DNA of 64,000 nucleotides from a virus, in the IMG/VR virus record IMGVR_UViG_3300009702_000026, positions 1,718 to 65,717 of that record. The stretch is one strand, 5' to 3'. The notes under the pieces were generated by a model, which searched no databases, was not told where the DNA came from, and saw nothing but the letters and a program-made list of their open reading frames with translations. Every line of letters starts with the position of its first letter. The stretch's first letter is position 1. Below are positions 47,301-53,470 of this stretch, piece after piece. Both the position numbers and the translations under genes were made by a program.

Positions 47301-47639
47301 CCCTATATGCACTCGACGGATCGGTTCGGGAACTGCGATCCTAACAATGGCAACTATGGCTCCGCTTGGCGCAACCGTAAGCCCGTGGATAAGACGGTCG
47401 CAAGCCTGAATAAGTCCTACTCGTCCGGGAATGAGATTTCCTTCCGGAAGGGTATTCACAAGTCCAAGATCGTCAGGATCACCTGTAGCTCGGAGGGTAA
47501 CCGGAAGAGCCTGATCACGGCGGCCCGAGACGAGGGGTTTGAAGAGGTCAATGGTATCCCCATCGACGATTTTGTGGTGGTAGCCTCCAGCTTCGGAGAT
47601 GCCTATAGTAGGTATGTGAAGCCTCTTCTGGGGGCTTAG
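41391..47639 (+). CDS. 2082-aa multidomain protein: ~10 DxNG(F/Y/L)P repeats + PI3/4-kinase/HipA-like kinase + C-terminal ADP-ribosyltransferase-like domain
   Basis: Kinase motifs LGGAGQK, FIFKP, HDDHRGN (45462-45482), SVDKEQ; tip WNG...SIMRSGLMSIHER...GTSYSSD.GTG; repeats visible at ~42110-44930. Confidence 0.8.
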   Translation: MLLEPHRPWRHRALIPLALTEAVKTVYVAKWTDKRVTVYVPDGKGGVKKVAVAHKNLGKYAHKTVDPPPGQKPVGFVADPSKYTGPKDIISVSAPSAVPTSAPAPAKKAKFIPVFDWGEKSVWVWVKKSGGQPVLTEIPHKKIKGYAKRLGWVTQKVKLVGKIDPTSYSGPEDIYPLDWDPGDGSPGFIPTVTNSISTEFVPEYEDEKAVPAAEPEQVVIKPITDPSVPKLNIPAEFETLSKTDPNGFPQVKHKGSGLHYSVISSGSLAVWDKDVGKYLPIKKTSGGWDFDHDAPIISPKTLKKTQEVESGKFSGPPDDPKKGIKRDGEDPNGLPAYKITDPEPFPGSVPGSIVYLPSGEWAYLDGSTYYTLEWEDGEWWEGDAEYSASAVAKMKPTVLPKGFKLPGDGYKVKTATKDYVVVLTPDGESIKWDAKQHAWFLMDEPWKEWSPPVLGSKPQPVPGTDVPDGAPTPPPGFTVTSGPNKAGAWPLSTKDFHDASNWFLLPNGKLAKYDDYKGTYETYTYSAKGLVLDNAPGLTSVSVKMQQYYPEPLPVPDGYQLAGYDLNGLPQVNQGKGTKLVTLLPNGMTAVWSPSKEAYKTQTGSSLTLGQVLVGDFGSLSIPKTTVAKAPEEGAYATKFLDKLDPNGFPMVDEVDPDDPESPYTATDLTLMPDQTVARLSTAGYYLLYKWDTDEGYIQTHTSLPVQDVERLQASLGLTVQDFRYHKVVQVGDESSVEAGGPPGFELLTPTPEQKGLIPAKALATGKTYFLLPGNLSALYDESFVAIGLYPLYQVGPGGKLTHLNKSATIEMLRAMTQGYDPEPPDHTKYVQGSKAFDKHGYPHVVDVEGERLTLLPNGEVAKWDKPTKTYEIWAYDYGFEGYYPRHPEKAYTLKQVEKLKLKKLKNFKSVSPTKIPEPKVAPPSTAVTPEEQKGVPVPTGAKDLNGYAVYKYGDGQPFSKIPIDTGWGTWKSDVGAYAIRYYNQTTDTFNTQHKGFFIAYWYPGDTQSHAGLKKGVKGIPKWKFVPSAKKDPHGYPMVHLALNGKRHSTYVQLPTGDLGRWSTANKAYLIHTIDKNPIPPEAIPVYSTSEFFKPKIDVGGYKYPFEVKWKLPKEWKPKENDDLSAKVYGSWKYSKGTTTAELKPDGEIYVTSTTTIPGVPELYDPTIGFYISVWDPMVGYLETPFTPKKKVPPKPLGIDPKQVEKDAAAADKPTGKGASQLIADLAGKLPDIDALTYKGDGGHLGGAGQKSIFEDPTTGMKFIFKPALPKGGSKTEAFRAHAQEAFSALATRVREDHIPIKTVTYKGKLGTLQPMVELDAKQSDLKKAGGMAPEQLTPQQQEDVGTEHMLSWLMSQHDDHRGNLLKTKDGRIISVDKEQGWKYFDFDKLDVDFHPNSKYGEEEPFYNKFWRAFSTGKIDFDPMTLRKPLTKIEDMASEDYLKTLNGYAQASFPGDEVKQYRFRQKALKRKLRLRKDFEDFITKLFEKRTGSKGTFNFEEGWLSEGDKQTKKYKTITIEAKDLIPPPGQKSTPKTVEAQQKFGIDIRVYPYEFVDPTTKQKTADPTRLTLKIPTGGSKTKFLEFLDQLGLKPIPFPNGEDTLVGQAYFMAAVNRAEFEKASITKKVLITGAFGSTPAKPRYWPELPEPAKMKPTLEKDLKELDSKKLGREGHAMLSDGSGVEGQAAKAKRWKDKKGEFYFLTFKLRPKLWEKIKSSGNTTSASYKFHEADYDPKKDLFVEQPSSSSSDTGYEWQYEGVECFLATGKYTYRGQVYMKMRGVSSSQILSKAKAALNYATSGVGDDVFRDPTPEDREVMKMMRLLWALRPQTADKLPEEDRTIPKLRARLKKLGALSDLGKIEEQEVFKGYHSHVIPGRWKEMEGLLFVWNGIGSQEAALSIMRSGLMSIHERNLAGIARFGTSYSSDEGTGSGDGSICRVAVKKGSSHSFSGHHGAGKYQAILHPDVMDRLDPYMHSTDRFGNCDPNNGNYGSAWRNRKPVDKTVASLNKSYSSGNEISFRKGIHKSKIVRITCSSEGNRKSLITAARDEGFEEVNGIPIDDFVVVASSFGDAYSRYVKPLLGA

Positions 47640-47647
47640 GACCAAGA

Positions 47648-48019
47648 ATGAGTCTCGTTTTCAACCAGGTCTACTTGTTGACCAATCCTGCACTTCCACG
47701 TGAGGAGAGCTTCCACCTCATCGCGCTCGGCCCTCGCACGCGCATAGACGACTACGGGTCGATGCTTCAGGTCCTCACTAACGACGGCATCGGGAGCCAC
47801 GGGTTTAGGGTGCGGGAGACTCTACGCGACGAGATTCAAACTGGCGTGGTGGAGCTACGGGACGAGCACGACATCGTGTGGCGGTTCGAGCCTCTGACGG
47901 TGGAGGCGTTTCGACGTCTCGAAGGTTACCCTGAGTCCCTCCGCCGCTATGAGGAGGATGAGGACCTGCGGAGCTACTTTCGCGAGCAGCTCCTCCAAGA
48001 TTGGTGGACGGAGACGTAG
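47648..48019 (+). CDS. small acidic protein directly downstream of the giant protein (candidate partner/immunity)
   Basis: 123 aa, 8-nt gap, AGGA SD. Confidence 0.7.
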   Translation: MSLVFNQVYLLTNPALPREESFHLIALGPRTRIDDYGSMLQVLTNDGIGSHGFRVRETLRDEIQTGVVELRDEHDIVWRFEPLTVEAFRRLEGYPESLRRYEEDEDLRSYFREQLLQDWWTET

Positions 48020-48313
48020 GTGCCTTCGGCTCTAGGTGTGCTTGCGTGTTGTGACGCTGACGAGACAGGGCTGGCGATTGTCCCCTCGGTCCGCGTGAGC
48101 GCCCGTGAGTTCGCCTTGATTCTCGCAGCCAACGGTGTGAGTGTCCGCCCTCTCGGACAGGGGTCGGCACAGGTGTGCGATTCCCAGGGTCGAAGGGCCC
48201 GCGTCGGAGGCGTAGTGATCATCGCGGCCAGGTCGTCGGAGGTCAGAAAGCTGAAGACGCACGCCCGGTTGTGCGGGGTCACGGTGATCCCTGTGCGTGT
48301 GGAGAGTCCTTGA
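48020..48313 (+). CDS. hypothetical protein
   Basis: 97-aa ORF abutting previous stop; GTG start. Confidence 0.45.
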   Translation: MPSALGVLACCDADETGLAIVPSVRVSAREFALILAANGVSVRPLGQGSAQVCDSQGRRARVGGVVIIAARSSEVRKLKTHARLCGVTVIPVRVESP

Positions 48314-48379
48314 TCGACGACCGATCTGTGGTACGGTGGGGCACACGTTGAGCGGTGACTCCGCTCATGGAACTAGGAG
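48310..48379 (+). promoter_or_regulatory. sigma70-like promoter + hairpin + SD
   Basis: TTGATC(48310)-16-TACGGT(48332) after TGG; hairpin TGAGCGG/CCGCTCA 48349-48367; AGGAG 48375-48379. Confidence 0.65.
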
Positions 48380-48387
48380 ATGGACAG

Positions 48388-48903
48388 ATGGCAAAGAACG
48401 AATCGACGAAGGTGAAGGGCGTGAAAGAGGCCCTAGCAGCGGTCAAAAAGGCGGGTGCCAAGAAGGCTCCGGCCAAGGCGAAGGCGGTCAAGAAGAAGGC
48501 TGCCAAGAAGGCCCCCGCTAAGACGAGGGCAAAGGCGAAGAAGGCTCCCGCCAAGAAGGCGGCGAAGGCCCCGGCCAAGAAGGCAGCACCGAAGCAGGCG
48601 GGCAGGTCGTCCAGCGGGCAGGGCGGTACGTCGCTCGATCTTCCGATCGAGAAGATCTCGGCCAAGGAGATGCGCGTGGTCGACGTGCTCAACGGCGCGG
48701 GGTCCGGCACTCGGGAAATCTGGACCATCGCCGATCTGGCGGCTGCGGCCTGGAAGAGCAAGTCCCGGAAGCAGGCCAACTCGTGGGTTCGCAACAGTCT
48801 CCGCCGCCTCATCCGAGGGGGCATCGTGGAGAAGGTCGAGCGCGGTAAGTTCCGGGTCTCCGATTCGGGCCGCAAGAAGCTGGCACGCGCGGAAGCCGCC
48901 TGA
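48388..48903 (+). CDS. histone H1-like (PAKK-repeat) protein fused to a winged HTH
   Basis: KKAPAK/KKAAK repeats then WTIADLAAAAW...WVRNSLRRLIRGGIVEKVERGKFRV. Confidence 0.8.
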   Translation: MAKNESTKVKGVKEALAAVKKAGAKKAPAKAKAVKKKAAKKAPAKTRAKAKKAPAKKAAKAPAKKAAPKQAGRSSSGQGGTSLDLPIEKISAKEMRVVDVLNGAGSGTREIWTIADLAAAAWKSKSRKQANSWVRNSLRRLIRGGIVEKVERGKFRVSDSGRKKLARAEAA

Positions 48904-48909
48904 GACCTA

Positions 48910-48955
48910 AGGACAAACCTGTCCTTTGAAGACCCTCTAGGCTCCGAGGTAGGAT
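48910..48955 (+). promoter_or_regulatory. AGGACA-N4-TGTCCT palindrome abutting a promoter-like TTGAAG-18-TAGGAT
   Basis: Palindrome 48910-48925 matches the iteron consensus; GTG of polA at 48962. Confidence 0.55.
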
Positions 48956-48961
48956 TCATTC

Positions 48962-51760
48962 GTGCGCTACGAGTACGTCACGGATGCGTCCGCCCTCGGA
49001 GCCGTCGCGAACCGCGTCGAGCAGGCGAAGCTGATCGGCTTCGACATCGAGACCACGAGCCTCAACCCGCGCGACGGGAAGATCAGGTTGGTCCAGCTCG
49101 CGATGGGGGATCCGGCAGATCCGGACATCTACGTCATCGACCTCTGGCAGACGGAAGGGCTCGGACCCGTGCTCGATGCGATGAGGGCGACGAAAGCTCT
49201 CTTCATCATCCACAACGCGAAGTTCGAGCAGAAGTGGTTCTGGTGGTTCCACCGCTTCGAGTTCTGGCCGGTCTTCTGCACGTTCCGCGCGAGTGCGATC
49301 CTCTACAACGGCCGGCGAGAGCTGAGGCACAATCTTGACTCGGTCATCGTTCGTGAGCTGCAAGAGCAGCCCTCGAATGTGGGGCAGGGGGGCTCCGACT
49401 GGACCAGGCCGAACCTCGGGAGCGAGCAGCTCGACTACGCGGCCGAGGACGTTCTTCGCCTCATGCGTCTCTACAAGGCGCTGAGGCAGAAACTCGTCCA
49501 GTACGGACTGCTCAAGTGCGCATTGATCGAGTTCGGAGTGATCCTCCCAGAATGTCGCACGGAGCTGAACGGCTTCCACCTCGCGAAGGACAAGTGGCTC
49601 GCGCTCGCCGAGGCCAACCTGCTCAACTCCAAGCGGCTCAAGGAGGAGCTGCTCGCGGAGCTGCCGCACCCGATGGGGCAGATGGCGCTGCCGGGGATGA
49701 CCCCCGGATGGAACCTGGGGTCGCCGAAGCAGATGCTCGGGTCGCTCCATCGGATCCGAGGTCTCCATGAGCTGGAGGACACGAAGGAGATCACGCTCGC
49801 CATGGAGGCGGGGCGCTTCCCGATCATCAAGAAGATCCTGGAGTGGCGCGGCTACAACCAGCGGGTGAAGACCTTCGGTCCAAACTACCTCCGGTGGGTC
49901 CGATCAGACACCGGCAGGATCCACACCGAGTACTACGCGCTCCTCGCGGCCGGACGCTACAGCTCGTCGAAGCCGAACCTGCAACAGATCCCTCGCGATG
50001 CCGACTACCGCGACTGCTTCACGGCGCCCCCTGGGCGAGTTTTGATCCTCGCCGACTACTCGGGCATCGAGATGCGCATCGTCGCGGAGATCAGCAACGA
50101 CCCTGAACTCATCAAGGTCTTCACCAGTGGGGACGATGCCCACTACGCGACGGCGGCTATCATCTTGGAGAAGCCCGTCTCCGAGGTGACCAAGGCCGAG
50201 CGGCAGTTCGCGAAGCCAGTGAACTTCGGACTGATCTACGGGATGATGCCGGCCAAGCTCGTCCTCTACGCGCAGTCCGGCTACGGCGTCGCGATGAGCC
50301 TCGGCCAGGCAGAGCGCTACCACAAGCGCTACTTCGACCGCTTCCGCGGAGTCGCCCGCTGGCACAACAAGGTGTCGCGGGACGGCCGGCGGCAAGGCAT
50401 CAGCCGCACCCTCTCCGGGCGTCTGCGCTGGCTCGACCCCCAGAAGAGCTGGAACGAGTTCAAGAACTGCTTGGACGCCAAGACTGAAGCCCTGACGCTA
50501 CGTGGGTGGGTTCCGGGGATGGAGCTTTCAAACGACGACGTGTTGTTGACGAAGAACATCGACACAGGTCGATTGGAGTGGCAAAAGGCGACCGAGATCA
50601 AGAAGTGGCCAGACTATGAAGGGCCCTTGATCGAGTTCCGAAGTCGATCTTTCAACGCCGTGTCGACGCCGGACCACCGCTGGATGGTCACGGAGAAGCA
50701 CTCAGGGCGGGCGGTGTGTCGGACGACGGAGCGGGTCTCCTTACACGGGGACGACCGAATCCACCGCACGGGGGACTATGTCGGGCCGGAGCGCTCGGAG
50801 TTCACGGATGCCGAAGTGGAGTTGGTGGGCTGGCTCGTGACGGACGGCTCAATCGTCCCTGTCCGTGATCGTGGTGGCAGGCCTAAGGTCGTGCTGTCCC
50901 AATCGGAGCGTGCGAAACCTGAGAACGTGGCTCGAATCGACGCCGCCCTAAATGCGATGGGGTGGGGTCATTCCCGCCATGTTGCGAGGCGCACTGAGTG
51001 TGTGACCTGGCATCTCCACAAGGCGGAGTCCGCCCGTCTTGCTGCTATGTTTCCAGGGCGTCTTCTCTCGGGAGTTTTTCTTAGGCAGCTCTCTAGGGAT
51101 CAGATCAACCTCTTGTTCGAGACCATGGTTCGAGGGGATGGGCATCGTGAGGAAGGCGGGAAGACGACTTTCTACGCGGGCACGAAGGAGGCTGCGGATG
51201 CGTTTGGGATGGTGGCTACGCTAGCGGGGTTTGCCACGAACACCCGGGTGCGCGATATGAGCCAGTACAGGCCGAAGTCGGACAAACTCCTGAATGTTCC
51301 GAAGATGGGTTTGATCTGGGTCGTGACGGTGTTGGCCCGGACGACCGCTCAAGTACTTGAAACGCAACGCAGGGACTTCCGTTCCAAGCAGCCGATCTGG
51401 TGCCCTATCGTGCCCAACACATTTTTCGTGGCGCGGCGTGAAGGTCAGGTGTTCGTCACCGGTAACACTCCAGTGCAGGGCACGGGCGCGGACGCGCTCA
51501 AGACCTCGATGCGGCTCGTCCAAGATCGGATCGACAAGACCTTCGGAGTTTCCGCCGCCGAGACGATGGACGGGCCGGTGGCGATCTGCCACCACGTGCA
51601 TGACGAGATCATATTGGAGTGCGACGAGGACGAGGAGATGAAGCGAGAGGCCTCGAAGCAGCTCCACGATGGGATGCACGAGGGCATGAGCCGGTTCCTC
51701 GACAAGGTCCCCGTGGTCGTTGACCCCTCGTCGGGTAGAAGCTGGGCGGAAGCAAAATGA
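48962..51760 (+). CDS. polA: family A DNA polymerase (3'-5' exo + pol) with intein
   Basis: FDIET, HNAKFE, YAAED exo motifs; PNLQQIP, ADYSGIEMRI, AK.VNFGLIYG, N/TPVQGTGAD, HDEII. Confidence 0.95.
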   Translation: MRYEYVTDASALGAVANRVEQAKLIGFDIETTSLNPRDGKIRLVQLAMGDPADPDIYVIDLWQTEGLGPVLDAMRATKALFIIHNAKFEQKWFWWFHRFEFWPVFCTFRASAILYNGRRELRHNLDSVIVRELQEQPSNVGQGGSDWTRPNLGSEQLDYAAEDVLRLMRLYKALRQKLVQYGLLKCALIEFGVILPECRTELNGFHLAKDKWLALAEANLLNSKRLKEELLAELPHPMGQMALPGMTPGWNLGSPKQMLGSLHRIRGLHELEDTKEITLAMEAGRFPIIKKILEWRGYNQRVKTFGPNYLRWVRSDTGRIHTEYYALLAAGRYSSSKPNLQQIPRDADYRDCFTAPPGRVLILADYSGIEMRIVAEISNDPELIKVFTSGDDAHYATAAIILEKPVSEVTKAERQFAKPVNFGLIYGMMPAKLVLYAQSGYGVAMSLGQAERYHKRYFDRFRGVARWHNKVSRDGRRQGISRTLSGRLRWLDPQKSWNEFKNCLDAKTEALTLRGWVPGMELSNDDVLLTKNIDTGRLEWQKATEIKKWPDYEGPLIEFRSRSFNAVSTPDHRWMVTEKHSGRAVCRTTERVSLHGDDRIHRTGDYVGPERSEFTDAEVELVGWLVTDGSIVPVRDRGGRPKVVLSQSERAKPENVARIDAALNAMGWGHSRHVARRTECVTWHLHKAESARLAAMFPGRLLSGVFLRQLSRDQINLLFETMVRGDGHREEGGKTTFYAGTKEAADAFGMVATLAGFATNTRVRDMSQYRPKSDKLLNVPKMGLIWVVTVLARTTAQVLETQRRDFRSKQPIWCPIVPNTFFVARREGQVFVTGNTPVQGTGADALKTSMRLVQDRIDKTFGVSAAETMDGPVAICHHVHDEIILECDEDEEMKREASKQLHDGMHEGMSRFLDKVPVVVDPSSGRSWAEAK
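50468..51466 (+). mobile_element. intein with LAGLIDADG-type homing endonuclease in DNA polymerase
   Basis: 333 aa CLDAKTEAL...STPDHRW...RREGQVFVTGN, then Thr; LVGWLVTDGS and LFETMVRGDG motifs; removal restores EFKN-TPVQGT. Confidence 0.9.
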
Positions 51761-51901
51761 CCCTGTGGAGCGTTCGTAGCGAGGACTGGGGTGGCTGCGG
51801 CTCTGGAAAACTTCAACTTCAAGGGGGTCGATTCTGACCCCGAGAGTGTTGCAACTGCTCGTGCGCGGATCCTGCACGCGAGGTCTGGAGGTGTCCCATG
51901 A
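51761..51901 (+). pseudogene. remnant resembling the C-terminus of an amino-DNA methyltransferase
   Basis: In polA frame after its stop: PCGAFVARTGVAAALENFNFKGVDSDPESVATARARILHAR, compare DPFxGSGTTxVAA...FIGxExDxxYxxxAxxRI; no start/SD. Confidence 0.45.
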
Positions 51902-52044
51902 CGATGAGTTTCCCGACCATTGGCCCGGAGGGGGTCTCCGACCTCATCTACGCCCTCCTCTCGATGTGGATCCGAGCGCATGAGCTGGCCTTCAGCCTCA
52001 TCGACTTTCTCGTGATCGCGATCCTCGGGGAGGGCTGGGTCTAA
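51898..52044 (+). CDS. possible small hydrophobic protein (48 aa)
   Basis: GGAGG before ATG 51898; MTMSFPTIGPEGVSDLIYALLSMWIRAHELAFSLIDFLVIAILGEGWV. Confidence 0.4.
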   Translation: MTMSFPTIGPEGVSDLIYALLSMWIRAHELAFSLIDFLVIAILGEGWV

Positions 52045-52086
52045 CCTACATCGCCCTACCTGTCTCACTTATTTGAACGTTTCCCC

Positions 52087-52149
52087 TTGACGGCCCACGC
52101 GGATCGGCCCATAGTGATCTCACATCGGAGATGGTTCTCCGAAGGAAGG
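52087..52149 (+). promoter_or_regulatory. promoter + hairpin + SD
   Basis: TTGACG(52087)-17-CATAGT; hairpin TCGGAGA/TCTCCGA 52125-52142; AGGAAGG 52143-52149. Confidence 0.6.
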
Positions 52150-52159
52150 TCAGAATCAG

Positions 52160-52681
52160 ATGAGCTACGAATCCGCCCCCGCCACCCAACTGGTCGCCAC
52201 GCACTGTTGCGCGTGCAACCGCCCCCTCGTGGACGCCAAGTCCGTGGAGCTAGGCATCGGCCCCGTGTGCCGCAAGAAGCACGGCTTCGACATGCCCGTG
52301 GACGACGCCACGCGGAAGGCCGCCAACGCGCTCGTGTACCAGATCGCGGCTGCGCCCCAGGGCCTCCAATGCCTGGAGAAGATTGCCCAAGTTCGCGAGC
52401 TGGGCTTCGCCGTCCTCGCGGACCGGCTGGAGTCCCGCGTTGCTCGGGTGCGCGTCGCCATGGTCGACGGTCGCGTCCGCCTCACGACCCCCTACGATGC
52501 GGCGTTCGTCGACTCGATTCGCCAGATCCAGGGGCGCAAGTGGCACAAGCAGGAGAAGGTCTGGTCCTTCCCCCTGTCCGCCCGCGCGGCCCTGTGGAGC
52601 GCGCTTCGCCTTCACTTCGAGGGCGCGCTGGCCATCGGCCCGAAGGGGCCCTTCAAGATCGAGCTGGCTGCCGCTGCCTGA
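52160..52681 (+). CDS. DUF6011-like Zn finger fused to a HARP-like domain
   Basis: CCACNRPLVDAKSVELGIGPVC; LTTPYDAAFVDSIRQIQGRKW....KVWSFP. Confidence 0.75.
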   Translation: MSYESAPATQLVATHCCACNRPLVDAKSVELGIGPVCRKKHGFDMPVDDATRKAANALVYQIAAAPQGLQCLEKIAQVRELGFAVLADRLESRVARVRVAMVDGRVRLTTPYDAAFVDSIRQIQGRKWHKQEKVWSFPLSARAALWSALRLHFEGALAIGPKGPFKIELAAAA

Positions 52682-52708
52682 GCGGCTCTAAGCCCCCGCG
52701 GCGCCACG

Positions 52709-52740
52709 AAGGCCCGTTCCCTCCTGGGAGCGGGCCTTCT
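52709..52740 (+). terminator. intrinsic terminator-like hairpin
   Basis: 13-bp stem AAGGCCCGTTCCC/GGGAGCGGGCCTT, 4-nt loop, short T tract. Confidence 0.6.
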
Positions 52741-52783
52741 GCCATCTGGAGGGCTCCTGTGGCCCTCCGTGGCAGGTTCTCGT

Positions 52784-53467
52784 ATGATGGTCAAGATGGC
52801 CAAGCGGAAGCCGATGAAGCCCCGGAGATCCAACCGGTACAAGAAGTTGCGCGCGCTCGCGTGCTACGAGGCCGCCTACGCGCGGATCTGCGACGGGTGG
52901 GCTGCGACCGAGGTCGCGCGCTTCATCCAGGAGGAGCACAAGGAGTACACGGAAATCTCGCGCACGGGGTTGGAGCGGATGCTGAACGACTTCCGCGCTC
53001 AGGAGGTTCCGGCGGGTGACTTGGTCAAGAAGCGCTTCCCGGAGGTCTATGATGCCGCCAAGGATAAGATCGAGAAGGGGATCGACGAGGTCGAGGAGCT
53101 GGAGGAGCTGTACCGCATCCAGATGCACCGGGTCTCCACCGACTTCAAGACCGAGAAGGCGATCGGAAAACTCCTGCCCTCGATGACTTCGGAGATCAAG
53201 GAGGCGCGGCAGCTCTTGGAGTCGCTCGCCAACCTGAAGATGGAGCTGGGCCTCGCCTCTCGGGCGCCCCAGGAGCACAAGCACGACGTCAATGTCGGAG
53301 TCTCTGTTGAGGCGACACTGGGCCAAGAGCTTTCCCAACACTTCAGCTCGGAGGCGGTCAAAGACGTTCTCCAGGACCCCGAGTCGCGGCACCGAGTGCA
53401 GGGCGTGATCGACCGCTTCTTGAAGCTGGCCCCGCCCAAGGGGGAGCCGGCAGGCGATGTCGGGTAG
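52784..53467 (+). CDS. terminase small subunit candidate
   Basis: Immediately upstream of TerL; N-terminal helical DNA-binding-like segment then coiled-coil; start uncertain (52784/52796). Confidence 0.5.
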   Translation: MMVKMAKRKPMKPRRSNRYKKLRALACYEAAYARICDGWAATEVARFIQEEHKEYTEISRTGLERMLNDFRAQEVPAGDLVKKRFPEVYDAAKDKIEKGIDEVEELEELYRIQMHRVSTDFKTEKAIGKLLPSMTSEIKEARQLLESLANLKMELGLASRAPQEHKHDVNVGVSVEATLGQELSQHFSSEAVKDVLQDPESRHRVQGVIDRFLKLAPPKGEPAGDVG

Positions 53468-53470
53468 ATC

